Part shown: positions 9,437 to 21,444 of the stretch, in pieces
Layout: the number at the start of each line of letters is the position of its first letter
Position numbering within the stretch: position 1 is the first letter of the stretch
Assembly: GCA_004764695.1 (NCBI GenBank)
Contig: SMSO01000035.1
Coordinates: forward strand, 1,922,001 to 1,986,000
DNA from: Schizochytrium sp. TIO01
Taxonomy: Eukaryota > Protista > Bigyra: Labyrinthulomycetes
Length of the DNA: 64,000 nucleotides
Direction: 5' to 3'
Notes under the pieces: generated by a model
Databases searched by the model: none
What the model was told of the DNA's origin: nothing
What the model saw: the letters and a program-made list of their open reading frames with translations, nothing else
Program-made: the position numbers and the translations under genes

Positions 9437-12229
9437 TCATACAGGTTTGATATATTGAAGGTCTAGCACTTGCACAAGAAATCCAGGAAATTGCTTCATG
9501 AAATTGGCAAAGTCAGCTTTGATAAATTTGTAGTAAGAACCTTCTGATTCAGCACGGATTTCAAGTGCTTGCACATTCCCTTTGGCAATGCTATTCATGT
9601 CACCAAGAAAACATCCTGGTCCGAGTCCACTCTTAGGTTGAAAGTCAATTGTTTCAGTGCTAATGCCACGAAAAGTACCTCCATTCGCATCCATATGAGT
9701 AATAGTGACAGAACCATCGATAATTATAACTGGCTCAGATAGGAGATCACCATTGTTGAAGGAGGTTTTGTGCATGAGTTTGAGAAACTCTTCAATGCAC
9801 ATCTGGTCCACGAGAATATCGTACAGCACAGGATTACCAGAGATTACTTGAAGAGCCTCAACAGTTTGCGAACGACTTGAAAGGAGGAGAGAATCACATA
9901 CAAGCTTGCCAGAGCGAGACTGGAGCAAGGCTGCTACTACCTTTGATATAGAAAATTTCACGACAGACACATCGTTACGTGCTGTTGCTGTAAAGCCGTA
10001 CGACACCATTGCATCTAACATTTTCGAATTACGACTTGAGAAAATATTCCTGTGCATGAAGCTCATTGATGAATATTTGTTTTTAGAAGAATATTTACTA
10101 TCCTTCATCTTTCCGCTCGACTCCTCATAGTGGAGCTTTGTTTCCAAACTATGCGTGAGACCCATCTCCCCAAATGAATCAGACACATTGAGAAGATGTT
10201 TCATTTCGTATTGTTTCTCAGGAAAGTGGTCTCGTAGCACTCCACGTTGTTTGATTTCGTTTGCCTTTGCTGCTGATGTCGCAATAAGAGCGAGATGCGC
10301 TTCACTGGAATATGAGTTACGTCTTGTGACTATATCAGGCCCAGCTGAAACTGCAACTGAACCTGTCATGACAATCCATAGATACATGCAGGGCTCATCT
10401 TCCTCGACTATGCTCGATCCAGCAGGTATTTCAATGATTTCTGCTTGTTCAGCTATCTGCTTCAGCAACCTTGGGTTTTTCCAAATATGACGAAAGTAAT
10501 ATTGAGCTTTGAGAAGTCGTATCACTTCCTTCTCGATGCAACCTGGACACCGATTCACAGGAATTTGAAGTGTATCCAACTCTTTAAGCTGCTTGAATTT
10601 AAGAGATGCGTTTGGTGCAGCATGGACCAGAAAAAGACGATCTTTGAGACCAGGATCATCGTTACATTTTTTTTCAATCTCCTGACTTGCAGTGTGGATC
10701 GGAGGAACTCCCATCTCATGTAAGACCACAGTGGAGTCCCAAGGGAAAGAAAGCAGTTGCTTCTTTCTTTCGAGGCCAATAGCACCAGACTTGTAAAGGC
10801 TTTCTACAAGTGTTGGGGAATAATTTGTGTCTGCACTATACGCAATCGTTGCTAGATTCCAAACCGCTTGAAAGCCTATACATGGAATTGTATGTAGTGA
10901 GTAGAAGAAACGAATTTTGGCACATCCCAAACGCAGAGGGAGACCAATTACAATAGGGCGAAAATCAAATAGTGAGGTAAGAAACTCTGCTGAAAACCCG
11001 GTAATAGCTGCATATTTTCTTATAAATGACTCTTTGATGGTGGTGGTTGTATATAAGCGAACCTGCCGTTGTCGTAAGATTTTTTGAAATGTCCCCGCAT
11101 CATGGTCAGCATGGCAATGCGTCAAAATGATACCTTCGATCGTTGTTGGTGCGATTCCCATGCGTTCCATAATTTGCGAACTATTTGGAGGTGGATCCAC
11201 CATAATACCAGCCCTGTTAATCCAAAGAACAAATCCTGTTGTGTTTCCGCTAGGATCGAACCCATGAGATGACCCCAAAACTGTCACTCCAAAAAGAGGA
11301 GGTTTATACGCACAGGAAGTAAGGCGTGGAACTTGAGGAGGTGAGATCTTAATCTTACTTGGTATTTTTGCAATACACTGACCTTTCTCTAAGACTCGAA
11401 ATACATTTATGAAGGAGCCCTTTTGGTTAGATTCTTTGATCAAGCGAATAGAAATCGAATCATTGAGTTTGTTTTCTGCATACTCGTTGAAAGGAAGAAA
11501 CTCTAACAGATCTTCGAGCTTCAACGTGTTTCTTGCACCGTCAAGGCCTATACCTTCTCCGCAAAAGTTCGGCCACGCAGATTTCCGAAGCGTACTTGCA
11601 AAATCTTGTTCAAATTTGAGATTTTCTGGCGTAGGGCCAAATAGAGTCTCTTGGAAAGCTGTGCGAATACGTTCCTCTAAACCTTGAGTTGTAAGAATTG
11701 TAACTTTGCGTTTCTTGACAAAGTAATTAAAATATAAAGGAAATTCAAACTCAGCTGTGCTTAAACCGCAATTTCGATCGAACATTTCACCATGTATAAC
11801 ATAAAAAGTTGGCACCTCTAGTCCGTAGTTCATGCAATCCTTGATAGACTCTGGAGGTATGCCAAATTGAATCGATCCTATGGACTCTGTTTGAAGTAGA
11901 AAACCATCTCGATCAAGGTGATAGAGCCGAGGGAAGTCTGGATTATACACAGTCGGTAGCTTTTTAAATGTTGAAGATCGCCGGGGTATACACGAAGCTT
12001 CTGCGTCCTCTATTCCAAAGCGAACATCGGCTGATTCGTGTATAAATAGTGGCTCGCCTGGTGAACTAGCAGTCGAACCACAGCCGACTTTTGCATCAGA
12101 TATCGTCTCAAAGCTCTCGAAGCTATCAAATTCTGTCACTACTAAGTCTGTATTGGCCGTGTTCCACCCGTGGTTCGCAAAAGGGGCACTGTGCTCATTT
12201 TGCTGATAGACTGATGCACAGGCGCCCAT
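9437..12229 (-). CDS. Metallo-beta-lactamase-fold cyclic nucleotide phosphodiesterase with two C-terminal cNMP-binding domains (Dictyostelium PdeD/GbpA-PdeE/GbpB type)
   Basis: First in-frame ATG is 12229 (MGACAS), 930 aa; the track start at 12433 is TTG. Motifs IQFGIPPE, EFPLYFNYF, LGSSHGFDP, MVDPP, metal site THCHADHDAG, LHTIPCIGF, YSADT and HE..VPPIHT, then two degenerate cNMP domains (FGEMGL; CFLGDM). Confidence 0.85.
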   Translation of the reverse strand: MGACASVYQQNEHSAPFANHGWNTANTDLVVTEFDSFESFETISDAKVGCGSTASSPGEPLFIHESADVRFGIEDAEASCIPRRSSTFKKLPTVYNPDFPRLYHLDRDGFLLQTESIGSIQFGIPPESIKDCMNYGLEVPTFYVIHGEMFDRNCGLSTAEFEFPLYFNYFVKKRKVTILTTQGLEERIRTAFQETLFGPTPENLKFEQDFASTLRKSAWPNFCGEGIGLDGARNTLKLEDLLEFLPFNEYAENKLNDSISIRLIKESNQKGSFINVFRVLEKGQCIAKIPSKIKISPPQVPRLTSCAYKPPLFGVTVLGSSHGFDPSGNTTGFVLWINRAGIMVDPPPNSSQIMERMGIAPTTIEGIILTHCHADHDAGTFQKILRQRQVRLYTTTTIKESFIRKYAAITGFSAEFLTSLFDFRPIVIGLPLRLGCAKIRFFYSLHTIPCIGFQAVWNLATIAYSADTNYSPTLVESLYKSGAIGLERKKQLLSFPWDSTVVLHEMGVPPIHTASQEIEKKCNDDPGLKDRLFLVHAAPNASLKFKQLKELDTLQIPVNRCPGCIEKEVIRLLKAQYYFRHIWKNPRLLKQIAEQAEIIEIPAGSSIVEEDEPCMYLWIVMTGSVAVSAGPDIVTRRNSYSSEAHLALIATSAAKANEIKQRGVLRDHFPEKQYEMKHLLNVSDSFGEMGLTHSLETKLHYEESSGKMKDSKYSSKNKYSSMSFMHRNIFSSRNSKMLDAMVSYGFTATARNDVSVVKFSISKVVAALLQSRSGKLVCDSLLLSSRSQTVEALQVISGNPVLYDILVDQMCIEEFLKLMHKTSFNNGDLLSEPVIIIDGSVTITHMDANGGTFRGISTETIDFQPKSGLGPGCFLGDMNSIAKGNVQALEIRAESEGSYYKFIKADFANFMKQFPGFLVQVLDLQYIKPV

Positions 12230-14323
12230 AGTTCTACGCACATACAGAGCGCGCCTACTTGCGGTCTGTTCTGGCAGCTGATAACATGTGCAAGGTTCCC
12301 TAAGGCCACATGCACTGCAGACCCTCCGTAAGGATCGCCGATTGGCCTCGCAGCTGCTGCGCTTTGTCGCTCCAGTATTGATTGATTCTTTTGCAAGTTC
12401 GGTGTTTTCGAAATCAAGAACGAGAGAAGACAAAGGTCTTAAAAAGAAACACTTCCAAGAATGGTAATGATAAACAATTAAAAAAAATATAAAAGTTGGG
12501 AAATAGGTAGTTTACTCGGCCTACAGAATAATGGAGAGAAGGCGATGTAGGACTCAAACACCAGTTGTATACTTTCGAGTTTTCGACATAGTAGGCAGTC
12601 GTGGCATTAAAATCTGTGCGTAGGGAATATCTACCTCGGAGGCATTCTTGCAAGTAGGGCCGCACATTTATGTTTTCTTTCGCAGCGATTTGTCTGGTAC
12701 AGAATATGTTAATATTTTTATAAGTATGCAAAGTCATAACATTGCGAGTGGATGATTGGAAATGATTTTTAAAATGGAGAGACTGCATCGTTGTACAAAG
12801 CTCGCCTCTACGTTTACCCCTGCTTAAAACCTTTTAGATGAAACAGCTACGTTAATTTCAATTTGCGAAATGCGCATTGGCGCTGAAACAAGCTGAACAT
12901 AGCCGTTGACCCTTGCAAAGTAGCTTTAAAAGACAATATAAGTAATTGTATTTCAGTTAGCAATAACTATAAGACTCATATTTCCCCAAGCATTCCTTTC
13001 GTAGGTACGTATCTGCCTACGCATCCATTCAACCTTTTGTTTCCAAAACTTGCCAATTCAAGGGCAAAACATAGAATCTCTTCTGTGATGCCAAGGCACC
13101 TAGTGCGGAGCCCAGCTTAAGTTTTAACAAATCCCGGTCACTGCTTGGGGAACACCTCGACGACTTCTGCAGTTTTTACTGCTCTTGAGTCCTTCGTTTA
13201 ATTGGAAAAAATACCTTTCAAGTCTCCGTTCCGCAGATGATTTTTTTAAAAACAAAAAAGGAGTTATCGGATTGCACCTTTAGTTTTAGAAGCATCAGCT
13301 TCCCCGGATAGACACTCTGGTTTCGGCACTCTGGTTTCGTTACATAATCGCATGACCTTAGCCACCTGCAGCATGATTTTCGACGTACAAGGAACAAACA
13401 AATACCTGTTCGTTGTGGGTGCTGCATACTTGTTTTGAAAGGATGTGAAACTTGCACTAAAACGAAGGAGCTTTGTCTTTTTTGTATCCTTTGCAATAAG
13501 AGAAAGTTTTAGCGCAATCCTGTATTTCTATCCATACTGTGTTGCGAGAAACGTTTCCTTTATACTCCTTATACTCTCGTTGATTCGTTGTGAAAAGCAC
13601 CCACGTCTATGGATAACAGAGGTTACCAAGAGAGACCCGCATAACCTTGATGGAGTATCATGTTTTACAGTGGAACACAGAATACGAAGTTGAGAGTATT
13701 GCTCAATTCCCTCGGAGCCTGTATGTTGAAAGCTGAACAGGAACTATTTCTTACCGAAACCATATACAATTGCAATGTCGGTTATCTAACAAGTACTATT
13801 TTCAATATGGAATGGTGTGGAAGCTTGTTAAATTACCAATTGATGCCGTTCGTTTGATATCTTGCGAACAGTCAGTCGAACGAGCAACTGCATGCTAATG
13901 GGAACAATCATTACGTCACTTAGCGGAACGCTTCTTAATTAACTAAAAATACTCATCAGTGTCAACCACCCACGTGACACCAGCTCGACACAATTGAGAT
14001 GAGTTTATCTTCTTTTCATTCCCTCTAGTTATGACCTATGGCTAGCAATCCAGGTGCTTTGCCTTGAGCAAGACATCAAAAAGTCAAGCAAATGTCTATT
14101 TCGTTATTTATCATTCTGGGGTAAATTCCTAAGCTAGAACAATTACTCAGTACCTCTAACTAGTATGTATGCTTTCCGGTAATAGTACCTTGGATGGTAC
14201 CTCATTGTAGGTTACCACCTCTTTTTTAGTACTGTTTTAAAATAAAAATAAAATCATCTAAAAGTAAGCAGAGCAGCATGAGCTGAGGCCCAATACATCC
14301 CTCCATTTGCCTCCGCTGGAACG

Positions 14324-15302
14324 ATGGCTTCTGAGGACCCTGACAGCAGAAAGATCTCACAGGATGCATCGTCTACATCAGTGCCAATAGTAGCTTCCTC
14401 AAACTCCTTAGAAGAGTTATCCTCTGACGTTGTCAGCAATGATGATATCCACCTTGAAGCAACAGCCACATCTGAAACAAACTCTACCTCGCAAGGTGCC
14501 CAAGGTGACGTCAAAGGATGGCCAGAACCTGCCGGGTATGACCAAACAAATAGAGCTGGGGCCTCGCAAGAATCCTCAGGATTATCAACCACTAAATATT
14601 CAGGAGAAAAATCTGGAGGAGGCATGGGAGGTCTTTTCCGCAAAATTATCGCTTCCGCAAGGGATGCAGGTGGTAGCCTCGTAAGGTCTGTTGAGCCTAT
14701 AGACGCTAAAAAAGAGGCATCAGTTTCATATGGAACAAACCCACAAAGTCTTGAGCAAGACATGGCGAGCTTTTTTAATAAAGTGGACACTTACGCTAAA
14801 CTTGAGCTGCAAGGTAAGTTAGGCTTTTCGTCGTCCGACATGAACATAATGGCTTGTGTTTGACTTATATTTCTCAAACATATATACGCCAGGTAAAGGC
14901 TAACGTTTGAATCAATATTGCGAATTCCGTGGAAGTTGATTAGACACATTGAGTGACTTTGAATGCCTTGAGCAGATGAATCGTGTTTCTTATGCAAAGT
15001 ATGGAGAGCTTGCTTCTACCTTGGGAGGCCTTTCTGAGTTGCAGAAAGACCTCCAAGAAAAGTGTAAGTTGTCGCTCCTGCCTGATGCTACTTATGTTTC
15101 ATGTTTATGATGAGAATGCGAATCTCACATTCTTTGATTCTTTCTTATGCGCATTTTATTTTCATCAGTCGAGGAAATGCAACCCGTATTAGAAGAGGTT
15201 GATCGTATGCATGCTACTGTAATTGACCTTGAGCGCGTCGTTGAACACCTTGAAAAATATTCGGAGAGACTCGTACAAAAGGCATCAAATGCACTTCAGT
15301 GA
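14324..15302 (+). CDS. BLOC1S2: BLOC-1/BORC subunit 2 (BLOS2) with a long low-complexity N-terminal extension; 3 exons
   Basis: Exons 14324-14813, 14944-15063 and 15169-15302, with GTAAGT donors and TAG/CAG acceptors in consistent phase (247 aa). The spliced C-terminus FFNKVDTYAKLELQDTLSDFECLEQMNRVSYAKYGEL...MQPVLEEVDRMHATVIDLERVVEHLEKYSERL matches the BLOS2 coiled-coil pattern. Confidence 0.8.
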
Positions 15303-18125
15303 GAGTAGTATTTGATATAAAATAAATTTCGCAAGGGAAAGATGGTTACAGTTTGAGTAAATAAAGAAGAAACCTGCCTCAAAAAACGGGAGGGATTTTT
15401 CTGTACTTTCAGATTACTAATGGGTGTTCCTATCTATCACTTGTAAATCACCCCTCGTGTTGTTTTGCATGCCTATACTTGGAGGAAAATTTGCCAATAA
15501 CCGTAAAACATATTGCACAAATAAATTTATCTATATTGGTCTTAATAATGGATTCTTTCCACGTTTCACATTTTCCAAAACCTAAATCTCTCATATATCA
15601 ACCATTTACCTTGCTAATTTTATGACATTTCATTGACCTCGGAGCAACATTATCGTTGCATATGAAGATTTGTTAATCCCCCCCCCTTATTTCACCATGT
15701 ATATTATAAATACCGGAGGTTTGTACAGCGAAGCTCAATGCCGAAATTTTGTGACGAAAACTACCCTTACAACTTCTCCTTGTTCTTGGATCACTGTTGT
15801 AAGGCAGAGCTAATAGCATCAGCACGTGATGATTGACACGAATAAGCAACAGAGAGTTATGCGTTCGTTGCTGGCCAACTGTCATTACTCGCTCTCCACA
15901 TCTATCGGCCACGAGCACAGGCGTGCTGAAGAGAAGTTAAAGACCAATGTTTTCAATCAAAATTTTAAGAGAAGAAGTTAATACTGAGAAGAACTTGGCC
16001 TGAAGAGCAACAGTCGCCGCGAACCTGAGGAAGCGGAATCACAGTACAAGTAAATCCTTACTTTCCAAAAGGATATTATTTGCTTGGGGCTTTAACGAAA
16101 CCTATTTGGCACGCTATGCTATACATAGCCAGCCATTGGATCTGCGGAAGACGGACTTATTAGAGGGCCAGCGTGACTCGCGTCGACAGCTTTTCCACTT
16201 GACTACTACTATAACAATGATTACTCTTTTAAATTTATAATTTTAAAAAATAAATAAATTATAAATAATAACAGTAATCATAGAGACGATGTTTTGATTT
16301 GTTTACCAAGCACGATCGCACTTGACGACCTCTTGTTGTAGAGAGTGGCAAGAAACGACGTTCACTGTCCAGCAACGGCCTCTTGGTCTCGTTCCAGGGG
16401 ATCTTCAATATCGTGAATTGGTTAGCTTTTGATAGCTTGTGGTTTCGTGCACGCGCAGCGTCGCTGCGAACCCTTGCGATCAGCTTGAAAATCCATCCAA
16501 GCAAAGAAACAAACAATCCCAATGCTTGCGTTAAAAAGAAGAGAAGAAAAGAAAAGAAAGAAAAGAAAAGAAAGAAAAGAAAAAAAAAAAAAGAACAGCT
16601 TCTAGTCTGAGGTATTCAGATTCCTCGCTGTGGAGCACATGCAGCAGACACCAGGACGAAACAGCAGGTCGCAGAAACCAAAATCTCAGTTTGAAGCCAC
16701 CATTGCTTCGGGAAACGAACGCTCTTGATGACGAGAGCAACGGCTGTAACTACTCACCTGCATTACCTCAGACTGTCGGGGTTTGGTGAACTGCTTGTTT
16801 ATTTATACGTAATTTGATCAAAAATGCACGAGCTCAGGCTGACCGCGGGTTGGCTGATGAATGTTGTTACTAGGTACTAGGTCCCTAGTTAAAAAATATG
16901 TATATATACATGGTGATCCATGGCCTTCATGAGAGGTTTTTAAGGGTTGATTCGCTTTTATTTACTATATATACTTCTGCTGCTTTAGGCTGTGTTTTAG
17001 CACAGGCGATTTCAGTTTCGTCGCAGAGAAATTGTGAATGACACGAGACATGGTTTTGGGCTCAGGGAGTCAAGGACTTCGAGGCATACAAAACACAAAG
17101 TGCTTCCCAGCTCTTCGGAATGAATGGAAGGGACGACATCTGAAGCTCTTCACACTCGGTGGTTTTATCAATTTTATTATGCATTCACTTCTTTCCACCA
17201 TTGCATAGGTAGGTAGTGTGTTCATTCAAGTGAACAAATAACTTTTAAAGCGAACCCTTCGCTCAGGGCTTTGAAGCTTCGCTGCTGTGCTCTAACTTCA
17301 AAGGAATCGGCTCTTCATATTGCTTGAACCAGCAATAAGAGCTAGCTCCTACTTCCGCTTTGGGAGCTCGAGATTCGGAAAGATGGCCGCAACAAGAAAA
17401 TGGAAATATATTCAAGTGCCGTCGAATGAACTTGAATCTATTTTATTAAAGAAAATGAAAATGAATAGTAATAAGAGAATTAGATAATTATATGTACAGG
17501 CATAGTACATGACTATTTTTAAAGTTAACAAGAAATAAAAAAACTGAAGACCGTCATAATGCAATGCCTCTTCTCTAAACTTCACATAAATTACAAACGC
17601 TCATTTTCTTGTCTCTACTTCCTCGCATGAAGTGGAGTCGATGTAACCAGAATTCCTTCCCACTTGCGTCTTCCTTGAGTCCTCGAGACACTTACCCAAG
17701 CGAATAAAGTAGACATTCTCTGTGATGTTGTTTCTAATGGAATTAGACAGTATAAACATGTTTTAATTTATAAATTTTCTATCGAAAGTGTTTTTACATT
17801 ACGTATATGCTAGTATTATTATGCACTTTTCTTTAAATTTAAAAAGAGTGTTCAAGTTGACTCTTTCTGGGCTACCTGGAAGCAAAGCTCAACAAGAACA
17901 GGCACTGGAAGAGAATGAGACTAAAAGCGCAAAAGCGAATCACGGTGAGAATCCCAAACCTATTAATCAAGCGCCCGAAAAAAATCGACCTAGCTAATCA
18001 ATCAGAAACTGATCAAAGGGTTTGGGGAGGCTGAATTTGTAATCGGGGTGGGCTCGTCGCTCGAGCCAGTCTCGGTCTGCGTCACAAACAAAGAACTGGG
18101 CCGAAGCGGCCTCAGAGTTTCGAGG

Positions 18126-19994
18126 ATGCGCTCTTACTCACCAATACGCTCCTACTCACCGCTCTTGACAGCGGTACCTCCTTCAAGGCGTTTGGTCAAC
18201 CTTTTGGAGAGCGGCGCAGGTCGCAGCTCTGACGAAGAGACCGGAACCCACGGTGAAAGCTCCACCGATGGCCAGGACCATGATGGTCGAGACTCGTCAC
18301 ACGGGTACTCTTCGAGTAGACGAAGACCGCTTCGATGGAGAGGGACCTCGTACGAAGAGATCTCAGATTCAGAGCAGGTTACTCGGCAGTGGAGCGACTC
18401 TGAAGATGGCTACCTTCATAAGTTTACATCTGCGAGTTATAATGTATGCACGCAGAAACACATTTGGCTAGCTCTTGCCTTGTGCGCCTTGGCCGCATGT
18501 GTGGTGCTGACTGTCGTGCTTCCGGCAGTGACACAGCAAATTGTGGATGAAACTGCAGTGAGGTTAGTAAGCTTGAAATTGTCAAGGCCACGCAGAGAAA
18601 CGATTTTTATGAATGTCACGGTGGAAGTTCATGATGTTAGACACGTAGACGTCCATCTCCATACAGCTGCTCTCGAACTATACTTTGGTAAGCAGAAGAT
18701 GGCACAATTATACATGCCTCCACTCGATATCAAGGGTCTAGGCGTGGCGCAGGTGCAAGTTTGCACCGATGTTTTTGTCGCGAACTCCTGGGTTTTTGCA
18801 AATGCTATGGAACACCTGGCTCAAGGGAATTCTGCGTGGCAAGTCCGTGGCAACGTCCAGCTTGAAGCTAGGCTACTCGGTGGATGGAAAAAAACTTTTG
18901 ACATCGTTCTTGAGAAGCAGATTTTCATACCAGGCTCCTTACTCTACAATGCGGAAATCACGTCCATGGATGTATTGCAACACACCCATATGCGCGATAG
19001 TATCAAGCTCACCTCTGATACTCTTTTCTATAGCTCTTCCCCTGTTGAGCTAGAAGGTTTCGGCAACCTTGTCTTCGATATTCGTGCACCAAGTAAGGGC
19101 TTGAATCTTGAAGCGGACGAGCTAGCGAGGATCGGCCAAGTGTACTTTGAAGAATTCACGTTACGGCAAGGTAGTAATGAATATACTCCCCGCGTAAAGC
19201 TTTTTCGAACTGAAGAAAATAAAGATGCGCTTGGGGCGTTCCTTAGTCGATACTTGCAGGACGAGGACCAAGTAGTGCTCCTCCAAGGCCCTCTTAATCC
19301 AATGTCACCTTTTCTGAACAATACCCTTCGCCAAGTTTTGCGAATTACTGGTTGTGGTGACCACCGTGCATCTGAGGTTTCTCTTTTAGATCAACAGCTA
19401 GCTTTGGAGGGTTTCCGGCCCTCGCTAAATTCTAGCGTTGTACTACGTGGTCCTTTGACCATTGCACACAACCCGCTATCTGCAGCGGTAACTCATCGAA
19501 ATATTACCTCTCAAATCTATTTGGAAGAGGCAATATCCTTTATTCTAGACCACCCTGGATTAGGTCATCACCAATGTAATCTAACAGACCAGGTTGCTGA
19601 GTTGTACTCCACTCCTGGAATGTATAAAGACCACCCTGAGTGGCCTCCTGAGGTAAGCTTCGCCGCTAAAGGCCGCCGTTCGGTGTTCTTGCCAGCGCGG
19701 CCGTTGCCCGGGCAGAGCATAGGCCCTAAGTGTACATATGCTGGTGAGCCGGTTGCAAACGGGGCAGATTGTTGTTTTGCAGCCTTAAATATTGCCGCTG
19801 CATGTCGTGCACAAGCGCTTGGTGCCCAATTTTTCAACACAAAGTTTTATACGTCTTATCAGTTGTACATAGGAGATTTTGGTGTACCTGTTACTCTTGC
19901 ACAAGCCTCTTTTGCTGTTGCCTTCAACCCAGATGTATCTGCAGGCTTTGCGCTTGGCGCAAATCTTTCCTGCACTGACATCGTCATTTTGTAG
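18126..19994 (+). CDS. Single-pass membrane protein with DUF3712 (Tag1-like) beta-sandwich domains
   Basis: First ATG is 18126 (622 aa). Disordered Ser/Arg-rich N-terminus, one TM segment (IWLALALCALAACVVLTVVLPAV), then patterns like DUF3712/LEA_2 repeats (MAQLYMPPL..QVRG..LEKQIFIPG; GNLVF..IG..TLRQGSN..FLSRY). The ORF is secure; the family call is moderate. Confidence 0.6.
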   Translation: MRSYSPIRSYSPLLTAVPPSRRLVNLLESGAGRSSDEETGTHGESSTDGQDHDGRDSSHGYSSSRRRPLRWRGTSYEEISDSEQVTRQWSDSEDGYLHKFTSASYNVCTQKHIWLALALCALAACVVLTVVLPAVTQQIVDETAVRLVSLKLSRPRRETIFMNVTVEVHDVRHVDVHLHTAALELYFGKQKMAQLYMPPLDIKGLGVAQVQVCTDVFVANSWVFANAMEHLAQGNSAWQVRGNVQLEARLLGGWKKTFDIVLEKQIFIPGSLLYNAEITSMDVLQHTHMRDSIKLTSDTLFYSSSPVELEGFGNLVFDIRAPSKGLNLEADELARIGQVYFEEFTLRQGSNEYTPRVKLFRTEENKDALGAFLSRYLQDEDQVVLLQGPLNPMSPFLNNTLRQVLRITGCGDHRASEVSLLDQQLALEGFRPSLNSSVVLRGPLTIAHNPLSAAVTHRNITSQIYLEEAISFILDHPGLGHHQCNLTDQVAELYSTPGMYKDHPEWPPEVSFAAKGRRSVFLPARPLPGQSIGPKCTYAGEPVANGADCCFAALNIAAACRAQALGAQFFNTKFYTSYQLYIGDFGVPVTLAQASFAVAFNPDVSAGFALGANLSCTDIVIL

Positions 19995-21444
19995 TTTGTT
20001 TTGTAATCTATATTATCTGGTAAATTAATTTTGCTTCATGAAGCTTACAGGTGTTTAACGATCAGTTTCTGTTTTTGAGAAAGAACTTAGACTTGATGAT
20101 ACAACGTATCTAAGTTTTGCTTAGTTATTAAAGAAGCTGGTAATTGTTTTCATATCTGTAAATTACAGTAGTGAATTGAGTAATGACATACATTAGCCTC
20201 ATTCTTGATATAGGCTACACTCTACCCATAACCACGCACACTCCTTCATCTACCTACTACATTATTACGGGAGTCCTTCCCCTTCAGACCATAGTACGTA
20301 CTTACCTACCTAACAATATTGTCGCATCGATATCCCGAATCTATTCTATGCAGAGATCCCTGCTGCTGCTTCTGTAGCAAGAAGAGAGACGTCGCTCATT
20401 TCTAAAGTCCCATCAAACAAACTTACAAGCGCAATTACAGCTCTGGGCGCTACGAGGGATATTCGATTGTGGAAACGCCGCTAGAATTGCAAACATTTCT
20501 GTACGAGAATATGAAGCGATGGCTAGGGCACGGGGCGAGGTTAGCTTGGCATCATCGTGGTTGTTGCAAACCAGCAACGAAGTAAATAGTAGAATGATAG
20601 CCGGAGAGGCAGTGAACATTTTATACATCATTTATACATCATTTATACATCAACGATATCGTTCGAAAGCCCACAAGGTGCAGAACTTTGATACGATAGA
20701 GACTTCGCTGCTACCCCCATCAGACTATCAAAGTACCAGCACTCTTGGCTCTTGATAGAGGCACTGTAAAACACTTTTGCACAGACGTGTGTATCCTAGT
20801 TTACCCGACACTGGCACGTGTCGATTGCCTCTCCTCTCTTTCCATCTCTTGTGTGCTCCTCTATGCTGGAAATCCTTCCCCCACACCGTGTCTGCACGAC
20901 CCCTCTTGAATAAGTCCACTTTAATTCTTCCAACTCAGAAGGTTTTGCCGCCACTGGAATTTGAAGCATGTTATTACTAGCATTTGTTTCCAGTATTGAT
21001 CTGATTGAAGGTGTGAAAATATTTCCCGCAGAAGAGCTCGCGAGGGAGGGAATATAAATTTCCGAATACCCGACAGTCCACGAGCGCGAGGGAGTCCAGA
21101 CCCGGTCGGCTTGTGCGCTCAAGCCTCCCTCGCTCCTGTCGCAGTGCCTTAGCTAAGCCGCCTTGCTTCTCCCGGCATTCCATCTCTCCTTCAAGGCTCC
21201 GAATCTTGTTTAACCTCCGTGTAGCCGCTTTCTCGTTGCCTTTTTCGCAATCAGTTCGTCGAGCTTAAATTACAAATCGCACAACTCCTCTCCCTCTCCA
21301 CTCTGAGGTCTTCGCAGCTCTCTTCACACGCTTAGTCCCTAACGGAGCTCTCTGAAGCATCGCTTCTTCTCTCTACCCCTTGCCCGTTGGCGCTCTTGGT
21401 GAGCGCAGGACGCCGCGATTACCTTCAAAAGCCTCGTGCAGTCC

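Noticed and set aside
14891-14903. Alternative BLOC1S2 acceptor at cgccag (14892)
   Set aside because: It gives an in-frame TAA after three codons; the acceptor at 14943 restores the BLOS2 sequence.
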